Below, in pieces: positions 38,201 to 50,805 of a stretch of 64,000 nucleotides of DNA. The notes under the pieces are model-generated. The model saw nothing but the letters and a program-made list of their open reading frames with translations, did no database searches and was not told the DNA's origin. The stretch comes from Ptychomitrium polyphyllum (lineage: Eukaryota): contig OZ316776.1 in NCBI GenBank assembly GCA_973851085.1, positions 1,612,001 through 1,676,000 of the forward strand. The letters are read 5' to 3'. Both the position numbers and the translations under genes were made by a program. The stretch's first letter is position 1. Each line of letters opens with the position of its first letter.

Positions 38201-39563
38201 TTCTGATCAAGACCGCCAGAGATGAAAAACACACCTTGCGGATCTGTTTTCCTCATTCTCACGTAAAATATTATTAATGATAGGGATTCCAATCGCGAGA
38301 GTTTTTCCGGTCCCTGTCTTAGCTCGTGCAATCAAATCCCTTCCCTGCATGGCTGGTTCTAATACTGCTCTCTGCAACCATCAGCAACACACGACTTTAG
38401 ACACCATCACTAAGAGATATTATCATAGCCCAAACAACTCATGAAAATGCTCTTTCTTGTAATAATGAAACAAAGACTTGAACCTACAAAAGGAACTACC
38501 CGAATAGACCGTGTAAGGTATATAAAGTCAAGGCCGACTTCTTGCGGTGTTGTGCGGTTCTATCATTGCCAGTGTGACATGTTATTCACTCCACACGGAA
38601 TCCAGTCACCCAGATGAGAGACATAGCATCGAGAACTTCGACCCTGACTAACATATTTTTTCATAAACCTATCACAATGTACAAATCCTTGATAAACTTG
38701 AAAGTTCCAAGGAGAATTACTGAACGTGGGATTCGTCTGAGGCTGTGTACTAGCTGTCAAACCTAATGAAAAGTATAAACACTCTAACCTAGAAATTGTC
38801 CATTACTGTTAGCCATTACAATTAGTCACCAAGGCTTGCAACACCCAGTTGATTACAGTTTATACAACCCTAGACACAGTCACGGAAAATATTTCCAGAT
38901 CCCAGCCATCTCCATGGCATTTGACAGAGACACATCTCTAAGCGACAAAACTAAATTTAATCCAGATACTATCAGTTCTAGAAAGAACAGGCATCATAAA
39001 TTCTGCAATCACGAATTCTATAGATGTCTAGTTCCTCCACAAACTGGGAGTATACGGCCCACTGTACCTGAATAGGGAAAAGCTGCATGATGCCACGCTT
39101 TGCTAAAGCCTCAAGAACGGCCTCAGGAATGCCCAGGCGAGAGATGGCCAACTCATCACCGTCATCCATGGACTCATCATCCACACGCAAAACCTCCACA
39201 CCCTCCTCATCTACGTCGCTCTCATCCTCCCCACTCGAAGTCCCGCAGGAGTACCCAAACGCCCTACTCCTCTCCTTGCCCGCCACCACGAAGTCCGTCG
39301 CCATGGCACTCGTCTCGCCCCCTCCTCTCGCTCGCCAAAAACAACGCCCTCTGCGTATAATTCCACGGCTTCTCCCCCTGATTCTTCCCATCTTTCTGCA
39401 CTGCCTGCGCCACTACCTGCAATCCCTTCCCTGCACAAGCGCCCAAATCTCGCGCCTTCACGCGCACCCTCTCCCCTGCAAACAACGCAGCCACTCCCAC
39501 CGCTGCCTTCTCCCCTGCCACCCCCGCCGTGCACAGTGACGGCCCTCCCACAATCGCTGCCAT
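35247..39563 (-). pseudogene. RH3: Plastid DEAD-box RNA helicase RH3-like (DEAD, helicase C, GUCT, RG/SR-rich region, CCHC knuckle), multiply disrupted
   Basis: Motifs [49 protein letters not shown]-like exon, final [23 protein letters not shown] (TAG 35249-35247). Lesions: frameshift in exon 1, 2-nt insertion giving RKYI* near 37565, deletion of the LHGD..QRERTL segment near 37085, 1-nt insertion near 36850, frameshift near 35765, and substitutions PTRELA to LARELA and SAT to STT. Confidence 0.9.
35460..35730 (-). repeat. Low-complexity Ser/Asp/Arg/Gly repeats in RH3 C-terminal region
   Basis: Recurring gatc/gctgaagcg motifs. The minus frame reads DRFRDSDRFGGRSGSDKFSSDRSSNDRFSSNRLTSDRSSERGRFSNDRFSSSERF. 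Confidence 0.65.
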
Positions 39564-40049
39564 TGCTCTTCTCCCCGCCCCTCCCCTCTCTCCTCCCCGC
39601 CCCGCCCCGCCCCGCCCCAAGCACAAGCTGTGCTGATCAATGACTGAAACCCTAAAACCATAATCTTTGCCCCAAAACTCCACCTGTGCCTCCTTCAATT
39701 CACCTCTGCCTCCACCACTTCAGGTTCGGCTCCACTTGGAGGCCAGCTTGCAGAAGGGCCGGAAAGGCCTGGCGCAGGGGATGGGGAGAGTCGGGGTCTG
39801 GGGATTAAGGAGCGGCAGGGACAAGGTGGAAAGCACGTGGACACGCCTATCTGCTGAGTTGGACATCTGCGCACCCCTGGCGTTCTGGAGCCTGCTTGGC
39901 AGTGCCCCAGGAGCTAAGGGAACCAGGGAACCAGGGAAGCCGGCCCCATATCCACCGTGTTACGGCATGCGTGTATTCTGAGGCTTTTTTCATGTTTTTA
40001 TAGTCTGTTTTTCTCTTTGTGGAAGCCAAGGTTTGCACTCCAACACCAG

Positions 40050-43000
40050 TTGGGTAATCATTATTTGATTAAACTCGACTTTTTAAGAGCCGTTCGTGCA
40101 ACCAGCCCATGTCCAGTGACTCTCTTTAAAACTATGAAATGTAATTTTCCTTCTTTTATCGTTAATTCCTGAGTATATTCATATCCAATTTCAAATCTCA
40201 TTATTATTACTTGTTCACCTAACCCTCACTTATTATTACTAGTTATTGAACATGTACTTGGTAGGTATTAGTCTTTTCGTAGGTGGTGGATATAATAAGA
40301 AGGTGGTAATTTAATTATTTGTTCACAAAGTAGGATAGTTCTTTCCTTTTCTAGTATTGGATTGCAAATCACGTTTTTACTATTGATACAAGTCAAAAGA
40401 ATTTTTGAAGCAATGATTCAAATGTTTAGTCCTAAGATGCCAAGGATCTTCTTTAAAGGGGCATAACAATTAGGCTAGAAAATGTTATATCCATTTTAGG
40501 TAGAAAACAAATGTAATTAAAGAGCACAAGTTAAGAAAACTGATACTATCTACTAGATGTATACATTTGACTTCATTAAATTTATAGAAACTTTAGAAAA
40601 TGTCAATTTTAATTACATTGAATTAAAAAAACTATTCATAACATTCCTTTATCATATAATTCTCCACCACTACTAATGTAGCATTTGAGCTAAATATTCT
40701 ATTACATACAATATTAAAAAAACTTCATTATTTATAAAAATAAAATATACTCTACTACTATTTTTTAAATTGAATATTATGACGTAAGGTCATCCAATTA
40801 AGGAATGTTATAATGCCATTGTGTATAGATTCAAATTTTTATATAAATTATAGATCTAATGTAATAAGATGTATATATCTTAATAAAAAAATCATAGGCT
40901 AAAGATACAATGACACTTTTGGAAATACATTTTATAATTTTTTTTATTATTCATCCATTTATAACATTTTTTTAAAACAATTTGAATGTCATCTTCCAAA
41001 AATATGGTTTTTTTTTAATAAAACTTCAATTGATGATTAAAAACCATACATAAATCTAATTCATCAACTTTGCCTATTGCATGCATTTGATATAATTTAT
41101 TAATGATTCTGCATATTTTAAGGCAGAGAGTGAGTTCGTATGTGACTAAAAGAATAAAAAAAAGCATCCTAGTATTGGTAGTATAAACTCTCCATCTATT
41201 GATAAATATTCTATTTTTGGATGTGATTGTTATTTTAAATCTAAAAAAGGCTAAAATTTGAAATCCTACTTAGAAATGCCTTAAATGTCTTACTTGGATT
41301 TTTACTAGATTTTCCAAAAACTAAATATAATTTTTATTTTTCATCCCTAAAAGTAAAGATTTTTTAAATGAAAAAATTGTTTCAATTTCAAATCTTATTC
41401 TTAATAATAAAAGACTTTAAAATTATTATTTTTACAAGAAAAGACCAAATCAAATGATTGTTTTGTTTTTTGACCATAGAATTTTTTATTAATTTATTGA
41501 AAAAAATTTGTTTATATTTCTAAAAACAAATAAAGTGCAAGAATTATAGAATTTTGGCAATTGATTTTTTTTTAAAATTTAAAAACCATATATCTTTAAA
41601 ATTATACCTAATTCAGTTATATTTGCAATTCTTAAATTGCTATAAAATGAAATTTATGCACTATGCGAAAAATGAGGCATTTAATTGTAAGAAAAAAGAT
41701 CATTTTAGGTTTTTGAGTATCAGATTTTAAAACAAAGAAAAAATGCAACATATTCAAAAATACCTTGCATTAAAAATAATATAAAAAAGTCCTTTCAATT
41801 TCCACAAATTTTATATGATTTTTTGTAATACCAATATCTAATAAAATCTTAATTGTGATAGGAAAAACAAAGATTTTTAAAATACATATTTGAAGTAGAA
41901 AACATATAATTATATTGAAATTAGTTTGTGAGTTTTTATAAGGTTATTTAAAAAACAAATACCATATATTTAACAACAATCTCCTATCTCTATGCCACTT
42001 TTATATAATATGATGTATATTCTTCAATTGGCTTCTTAAGATCAAGCCCTTAATAAATAAATTACTTCCTATTCAGAAGGATTTTAAAGAGCCCTTTGAA
42101 TTATTATGTACATGATTTCAAATACCTTAATGCTAAAATAATTATTGTTTGATACGATTAAACCTACAAGCTAATATTGATATAGAAATAAGGCTTTTAC
42201 AAATTATAAAAACATTTTTGACTAAATAATAAATCTTTTCATTTCTACATTATGATCTAAACAACCCTCAAGTGCCAAGAGGTTTGAATAGATTCTTAGA
42301 CCTATTGCTAAATTCTTTTATAGGTTTGAATTACAATGCAATTGAATTATTATTTTTAATAATAAATCTATATTAATTATAAATTTTCAAATAACAGTTT
42401 TTGTAAAAATGAAAAAAATCACAATTTTGTCTATTAAACATCCAAATTACAAACAACAACCATCATTTATTGAATGCACAATTGTTCAAATTTTATTTAA
42501 TAACCACCATGTACAAAGCTTGTATCCACCATATTTTCCTTTTAAAAGTAGTATAAATTCATCTTTTCTTCCATTATTACGTTACATGATTTTATTTGCA
42601 ATTAATCTGAATTTGTCACCAACATTCACCAAGCTTAAACCACCAATGATTAATTTTTAATGCTGAATTGTAATGTACATGGTAGTTTTAAATGTAAATA
42701 AATACACTTTTCTTTCTTCATGGTTTGGATTATCAAAAATATAATTGTCAATTAAAAGAACCCATATTAAATATGCTTATGATTTAAAAAAATATGGATC
42801 TTTGGATTATATGGTCATCTATAGCTCATAAGGCCATGTTTCTATTTGAGATGTTAAATAGTACATGTCTAATAGGGTAGGAATACAAAGGTTTTTACTT
42901 TTTAACTAGGAATTAATCCTTTACACATCATTATGGATTACAAGAAATCAAAGTTTTAATATAAATTACAAGCTAATATGATTCTCCTAATCCATAGGAT

Positions 43001-46000
43001 GTAGACTCCTACATGCCAACAAAATATTTTAGGAAAATGCATTGTAAATTTTTTATAAAAATTTATTAAACATAGTAAGTACTATAGTAAACAAGAAATG
43101 TATGTGAAACTAATGTTGAGCATTAATAATTTCCTACTTACTCCTATAACTTGACTCCGAGAAAGAATCCATAGATTTGAGAATGTTATGAATATGGCAC
43201 TTAAGAAGTCCACTTTGAAAGAACTCAAATTCTGGATGGGTCCAACCGTGATAGGGCCGGTACTGCGTGAAGAGTCTAAGATGGTCAACTTTGACAAATA
43301 ATTTTTTCTCCTTAGTGTGTCAAGAAGACAAGTTTAAGAAAGAAAAAGAAAAGCTGGCCAGCTTTGTTGGATGGATGATCCAATGGAAACTGACAGTCTA
43401 GCGCTCGCTGACAGTTCCAAAAGCATCCAAAACTTACTTCATTTGGCAAAAGCAGAGACTATGACATTCTCTTGATAAATGTGTCAACCAGTCCATGAAC
43501 ATGATTCAGGCCTCTGATGACGTGCAGCGCATTTGCTTTTCTAAGTTTATACACGGAAAACATTTGTCAGAGAGGCCCTGCACAACTAACCGCCCTTTCT
43601 CAAAAGAATCGTTCCCCCATTCACCGGTACAACTCTGTTTTTAAAAAACTTATTCATCTTAAGGTTGGACGAATTGCTGACCAAGTTAACAAACCAGAGA
43701 TAATCTCCTGCATTCCATGCCACACACCTTTACTATTTAAATTTTCTTTTATGATAGTTTATTTTCCCATGCAATTTCCACAGAGAAAATTACTCACTCC
43801 CAAAGGTGAAGGTGAGTTGCTTCCGTTGCTAGAAAATGGTATGAAGTATTGTAATTGAAAATGCCATATAGTTGTAGTGAGACTTCTAACAGGACTTCAT
43901 GTTATAAAAAATAAATTCCATTTGCTATATGAGTAGTAAAAACTCGTATTGAATTTTAAAGTATTTTTCTCATTCAAAGAACCATATCATTTGAAGCAAA
44001 GCTGCAAGGAAGAGTAGTATCACAAAAAGCATCTGTATAAAACTTCTATGTTCTTTTTTGTAAGCCATTCATTTGAAGTGTTAGAAGAAATCAAATTTAA
44101 CATAAAAGACCCTAGAATTTGATTTTCAACATTTCGTACATTTTGACATTGAAACATATGGCTCTTTTGAATTATTTTTTGTCCTATTATTATTAAAAAG
44201 AGCCTAATTTCACTTTTTAACTCAAAATACTTTGTGTAGTAGAAGTGTTAAAAATACACTCTTTTTCTATACAAAAATCATGATTTTTGATGATCATAGG
44301 CACAATATAGAACTTTAAGTTTGGATTGGTATCAAGACAAAACTACTATAATAGAACTTCCAATAAAAATATCCATGTATTTTAAGTATTGATAATGTGT
44401 ATATTATGAATAGTTTTAAAAGCAAGTATAAATTGAGGTGGTGCCTTGATAGAAAGCATTAAAAACTGCATGTAATTTAAAATTGGAACTTTATTAATCA
44501 ACCTATAATTGACTTATTTATGTATTAAAAATAATTATTAAAGAATAATCACTTGGTTTTAGAACATATAATTTTTTCTTTAAAAATAATATGGAACCAT
44601 GTTCTTTACATTATTAACTTGATTGTATTCAACTTTGTAGTATAACAATGATGTGTTAAAAGATATTGGTGCTATTTTGAAATTTCTTTTAACACAAATA
44701 TTTTACTATAAACTTGACATCATCAAAATCATATGTTAATGATGCTAGTGCATGAAATTTTGATATAATCTTTGAATTTGTTTAAATGTCTTCTTACAAA
44801 TGATGAGTGGTTATTATCTAAGGTTTATATAGAAGAATCAAAGTATTACAATGATCTTGCTTTATAAATTATATTTTTTTTTGTAATTTTCAAAATTCAT
44901 TTAAAATTATTATAATTTATTTATAATTTTGATAATGCAATTTCATGTTAATTTTATCTAGAAGCTTATTTTAGCACATCCAAGTATAATTTTGTTGATG
45001 ACAATTGATTGCAAGTGCACTTTTTTTACATTCTTACATATAGTACCCTTGTCCTTTATTTTTGTATATAGCAGACCATTATTTACGTGGTTTCATTATG
45101 CAATTGACAGACATTTGAAGACTGTACTTTCTATTTGTACAAGTTGATAATAGCCTAGTTTAAATATGTTCATTGGATCTGTTCAATAATTTTGGTTTGA
45201 CACAGTTCTACGATTTGACATGTTCGTTGAATCCATTCAATAAGTTTGGTTTGATGTAGTCCTTAGATATTACGTATTCATTCAACTTATTCAATAAGTT
45301 TGATTTGATGTAGTCCTTAGATGTGACATGTTCATTGGATCCATTCATTAAACCTAGTGTAATGCAGTCTCTCGATGGAACCTGTTTCTTGGATCCATTT
45401 ATTAAAAGCCTAATTTGATGTGGTTTCTAGATTGAGCATGATCAATGAATCTATTCATGAAGCTTGGTTTAATCCAGTCTCTATTTGTACCAAGAAAGCC
45501 ATCATTATAAGGCAAATATCAATTCAATAATTAGAATTACACTTATTATAATTTTTAAAAATTATGATCAGTGTACGTCAGCAAAGGTAGACTGTAGGTA
45601 GATAAGGTTGGTTCAGGTACAAGTATCACCCTTGTACTAATAAGGTAAAACTTAACGTGAGCATGCCAAAAACATGGGCCTGAAATTTTCCAAACTTTTT
45701 TTAAGAAACCCGTCACCTTCTACAGTCGGGTCTCAGCTGGTTTTGACTGTGTCATGCATTGAAGGAGCAGCTTCATTGTAGTGGTGCATTATTCTTCTTG
45801 CTTGTCAAGCCATTCACAATCAAGCTTGCCCTGTCAAAGCCATGCATTGATCGGACTTTCTTTCCATGGACCGAAACAAATGCCTCGCAGCTTAACTGAG
45901 GGATCAATTCCAAACAATTAACACCACCCTCATGAGTGTGGACTCTTTGCAGTGCTATCACGTACACTAGTTCGTGAGGCTGGACAGTGCATGATTGGGT

Positions 46001-47500
46001 TGGACTAACAAGGAAAAGTGAGGTGAAAGGATCAAGTTCACGCGTTGTAGGGGAATCGTTTAGAAAAAACGAAAAGCTTCTGGCTCCTTACTAGCAAGTT
46101 CCAGAGCTGGTTGGCCCTTGTGGCTGCAGCTGCAGGCACTCTCACCATTGGACGACAAACTGCACCCGTTTCCTTCAGTTACCATCCATTGTCCCCCTGT
46201 CACTGCAGACCTACAATTCATGAGCCTGTGTCGTCGCAGACACAATAATACCATGTAGATTCTCTGCGTACAGTGCCTTGCATTCACTCCTCAAGGCTCC
46301 CGCTTATTCTAGTACGAGTATAGGGCCGCACCCTGCCTCGCCATAGGACTTGCAATCAGGCCCTCAGTCGAGTTTGAGCACGTTAGTGCTGACCGCCCAC
46401 GTGGCCGCTGCAGGATTCCGATTCTCGGCACTGGAGAAGGGAGAAGAAACGAATATTTCAGGTCAAGATAGGCGTAGTTTAGGCAAAGCACGGTGTAGAG
46501 GAGAAGATGGGAAGACGGTGAATAATGTTTTGGTGAGAAATTCTTCTTCCCTGCACACACTCTTGGGTTGCCAGATATGATATCATGCTGATTTTTATGT
46601 TTATGTACTATCTTAAGTTATTAGTTAATTTATTAAAAGAAGTACAAAATCAAAAGCGTGTACATCTATCCTATATTAATGTAATAATTCAATAGATACA
46701 TCAAATCTCAAATATGTACTAGGACAATTAGCTTATCTCAGTGCCTAGTTGTTTTGTCTCTTACATTTAAAAAGAAATTGATGAAACAATAAATAGGAGA
46801 AGGGTCATGGTCGACGTACTTTTCTTTTTTCTTTTTCTAGCTGGTTAATAAATGAAGAACTGCCTTATTCATCAATGTATCATGTGGCATGCTAAACATA
46901 CTGCTACCAATGGAATCAAACAATTGTAAAAGGGTATTCTTTTTAGTTTTTTATTATTATTGAGTAACTAATTTTTTATTCTTTAATAGGCTGTTGTACT
47001 AAACACTCTTATTTTTAAAGATTCCCATCTCTATCTTTTGTGTTTTTCAGTCAATTTAATAAGCAATTTTTCAATGATGGAGTTTAATTTTCAAATGAAA
47101 TTAAGTAATTTACACAAAGCTAGATTACAAATTGATTCCAATTCTAAATTTAATAAACTATATCACATAACATTCTTTAACAAGTTGCTCTATAATTAAA
47201 GAATCCCTTTCTTTCTTCATATCAATCACTTGCCTTGCTAAAGATCATTATGCACAATTCATATTTATTATATAATATCTTCATTTCTAAAAAGGAAAGT
47301 TGATTAAAACTCTCTTTTTAGACACCAAGCTATCTTATATACAATTCAAATATTAATTTAATGCACTATAATGTTTTAAAAATGTCTTACTCAACCTTTA
47401 TTTTTGGTAATATGTAGTAATTTTAGGAATAATGAGCCTAATGTAACATGAATACTTGTCACCTAGTTGTGAGCTTCTAGAATCGAGAAACTATATAAAA
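40050..47500. other. Strongly AT-rich gene-free block (probable decayed repeat/TE DNA) with small GC-normal islands
   Basis: Abrupt compositional shift after about 40050, long A/T runs and no recognisable protein motifs. Islands of normal composition at about 43200-43850 and 45700-46580. Confidence 0.6.
45166..45485. repeat. 54-bp minisatellite, about 6 diverged copies
   Basis: Unit starts at 45166, 45220, 45274, 45328, 45382, 45438. Approximate consensus ATGTTCATTGGATCCATTCAATAAGTTTGGTTTGATGTAGTCYYTAGATGTGAC. Confidence 0.85.
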
Positions 47501-50500
47501 ACACAAAGTTGTTTCTCAGAATTAAAGTTCCGCTATGTTTTGTTGCGGTGAGTTTCTGAATTCATAACCAACCTTTTGTTTCACCCCGAAGAAATGCTAT
47601 CCAAAATAGAATACACGTTCTCGTTCACCGGTTCAGCTTGTTTGACTGGACTCCGGAGGAAGAAAAGCCTGTAAATAGTAGATCCTAGATCCTGAGGATT
47701 CCCATTCCAAAGTATCTAGAAAGTACCAAAATCTAAAGGCTCAACTTACGTAACATACAAAAGGTGACAACTTAACATCCAACTTTTCCAAGTCACTATC
47801 TGAGCAAGTTGTGATGGCTCAACTCTTCATTTCGTTCTCTTACTTCATGTGTGTATTTGCAATTTGAAATGGTGCAGCTTGTAATCCTGGGATTGCTATC
47901 ACATGATCCAATTCCCCAATCCGTGGATTCGATCAGACAGTACCTTGATTACAACCCATTCATTCTAATCTGATTGGCTGAAAAACATTTGAGGAAGCTG
48001 TTTAGCTTCTCCGTTACAACTGCATTAAACCAGGCTCATTTAGGCTAACTTACTGGACAGCACCAGCATCATTCATCAGTTTGCAAAACCTAGATTATAT
48101 GAGGATGCTTTCCGACTCCCAGTGACTGAGCGGGCGGCGCTTGATTGCAGCTTAGTTCTAGACTTGGTCTAGAAGCTGCCTGACCAGTGACGCCTGAATG
48201 TGCGGCTCAAGGCTAGGATAGAACTCCCACAAGTGAAGATGGGTAAGGAAATGTCTGGTGTTTCTGCCAGTTTAGCCCTGATCCACGCACTTCTAATCCT
48301 CCACTGTCAGGACCATTCAGGATTAAAGTAAAATATTCTCTATAACTTGGAATCTTTAACTGGGAGGCTAGGAATTGTTAGGTGTGCCCAGAATCTTCAG
48401 ATAGTAAAGATGTTAGCTTCCTCTGTGGGTCAGCCAAAGTCTCTTCTTTGAGCCAAGAAATGCATAAATGGGGGTCGTTCAAGGATACTCTAGAAGAAAG
48501 GCCAGTGCTGGGCCCTGATTGCGCTGGCACCCTGACTCAACCACCACAGCAGCAAATTGTACGCTAAAGTAATATTGTAAGAATGGGAGCAACAAGTGTA
48601 AGTGTGCTATTTCGGTGCCCTCCAGATGCGCCGACACATCCAATGTTATTGAAAGTGACGCTGTCTAGAAATGGAGGATATTTTTCACACCTTTGGTCTA
48701 ACTCTACTTCGACTTGCCACCTACTACTGTGAAGCTTCACAGACATGATGACTATGAAATGTTGTTGCCGTGGTTCTCTGGGTTTGATGATACCATTGAC
48801 GGTGGTAGGGAGTATGTAGAGGCCGAAAGATAGTTCAATTCGAAGGTGCGGTGATGATGAATATAGGTGAGCTAAATGGGCGTCGGTGGAACGTTTGGTC
48901 TGTATTCGGAATGAGCTGCGGCTCGGTGTACCTAGCTAATTAGCCACAGCATAAGGAATGGATTGGTGACCGGACGTTGCCTGCACGCGTGCAGTGCATG
49001 CAAGAACCAGGGCAAGATGGAGTACTCGGCAGGCTTGGCAGAGGAAATATACGCCGGTGATGAGACCCTCCTTTCGCAGACTCAGAATCCTGGGGTTAAT
49101 GACTCCAGTGCAACAAGCAAAAAAGGTTTATACTCTACACCACACTGACAATGCTTATGTATGTAGAGCAGCTGCTGCAAGGGTTCGAAAGTTGCCCCAT
49201 CAAGAGCGATGATAGACAGTGTACGTGTATGTCAGGTGTGAAGACTGTAACAGCTCTTGATCATTGCCATGAAAGGTTAAGGGTAGAAGTAGAAGTTGTA
49301 GTGATAGTACTCTGGAGCATCACAGTAATAAGTGAGAAAGATCAGCCCCTTGTCAGCCATTGAGTTTCACTTGAATATCCTCGAAAGGAGTATCCCCACT
49401 TGAGAAGCCGTTTCATTCTTGCAACATACAGTGCATAAATATCATTTGTATCATAGTTGCGTGAGATTCATTGAATTCGTGTATAGTCAGGAGGTCGTTT
49501 ACCTGGAGTACTATGCATTGTACTCCAACTTCCAAAAAATTTCCAGTGTGGTCTTTACCTGGCTATGGCGTTATAAGCTGATTTCCTACCTGTGCCTAAT
49601 TCTCTGGCCTTATAGTATGTACTGGCCAATTCCTGCACATTTTCTGCACTAAAAAGAGTTAACCCTGGACAGTGAGTTTGGTAAGTCAGAGTCCGGATGG
49701 ATCCCACCCATCCCACAATTAGGCGCAGTCAGTGGGCTTGCTTGGGCTTCCAAGTACTGCCGTGTCGCTGATAGATCATGGAGGCAGAGAACGAGTCGCC
49801 CAGCCTGTGCTTGTACACTTGGTGTGTAAATCCACGCTTCCTTCTTTGTTACCAACAATTGGTTGCGTCCATGTAGCTGTAGTAGTACTATTTACGTATG
49901 AGAATGACACCCAGGGGTAGAAGTTCACTATTTAGAAGCAAGAAAGGCTGTGTGTCATTGGCAAACCCCCCACCACTCGTGCACTTGAAGCAAATTCTGT
50001 TTCCTGAGTCCTGACCTGAGCTGCTCGCTGTCTGCTGCGGTACACAACAAGCTCTGTAGTCCTCAGCTCTGGAGTTGCGCCTTTAGATTCCTGCTTTTGC
50101 ATTGTTTCCTGTTCTCCATCTTCAGGTACAACAATCCGACCACTTCTTCATCATCACCCACCGAATCAAGACCAATTAGTACTGCTAGCTCCATACTCTT
50201 GCTACGTTTTCAAACAGCACGATCTTCTAGCTCAGTTCTAGTTCATTAGTGATGCAATCCCGCGACATATCCCTGTCCTCCTCGCACTGTTTCCCAGATT
50301 CGGTTGCATCCCCTTTCGATGCTAGTGCAGAAATGGCAGTTTATATTGCAGTGTAGATCTTCATCCTTGCTCAAAGAATATTGAATCTTGGAGAGTTGAG
50401 AGCTCCAAACATGGATTGATTATTGTTCAAGATTCAAACTTTGGGTGAGAAGTTGAGATTTGATCGCAAAGAGTTGATTATGCACAGAGTAAGCAGCGTG

Positions 50501-50805
50501 GGAGGAGTAGTAGTGCTAGTTTGTCCTGCTTGCCATGAAAGTGCAGGAGTACAAACACTGATCATATGGTCGTGACACTTGATCGACTTGTAGTACTAGC
50601 GGTGAAAGTGTGACATCAACGGTACTAACTCAGCTGGGACCCCAGTTTGTGTGTAGAAAGCGGTGTCTTAGTTTCTCATATCAAGCGTTGGGTTTTCCTT
50701 GTGGCAGGCTAAATATCCGGGCATTGCGTTGGGAGCAGCGTTATAGGGCAGTTCAGGTGTTGCAACTGGTTCGTGAGTTTGTGGCTAAAGGCATTGCCTA
50801 GCAGC

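Noticed and set aside
41659..43317. Possible CACTA element ends (CACTATGCGAAAAA ... TTTTTTCTCCTTAGTG)
   Set aside because: The termini match poorly and the flanking 3-mers (ATG versus TGT) do not form a target-site duplication.
45166..45485. CRISPR-like appearance of periodic repeats
   Set aside because: Whole units are homologous with no unique spacers, the context is eukaryotic, and there are no cas genes.
48744..48870. Cluster of box-C-like TGATGA motifs (snoRNA?)
   Set aside because: No suitably placed CTGA box D, terminal stem or recognisable rRNA-complementary guide.
49017..49363. Possible two-exon small gene (MEYSAGLAEE..KK|EQLLQGFESC..)
   Set aside because: It needs a 41-nt intron, much shorter than others in this window, and the product has no recognisable motif.
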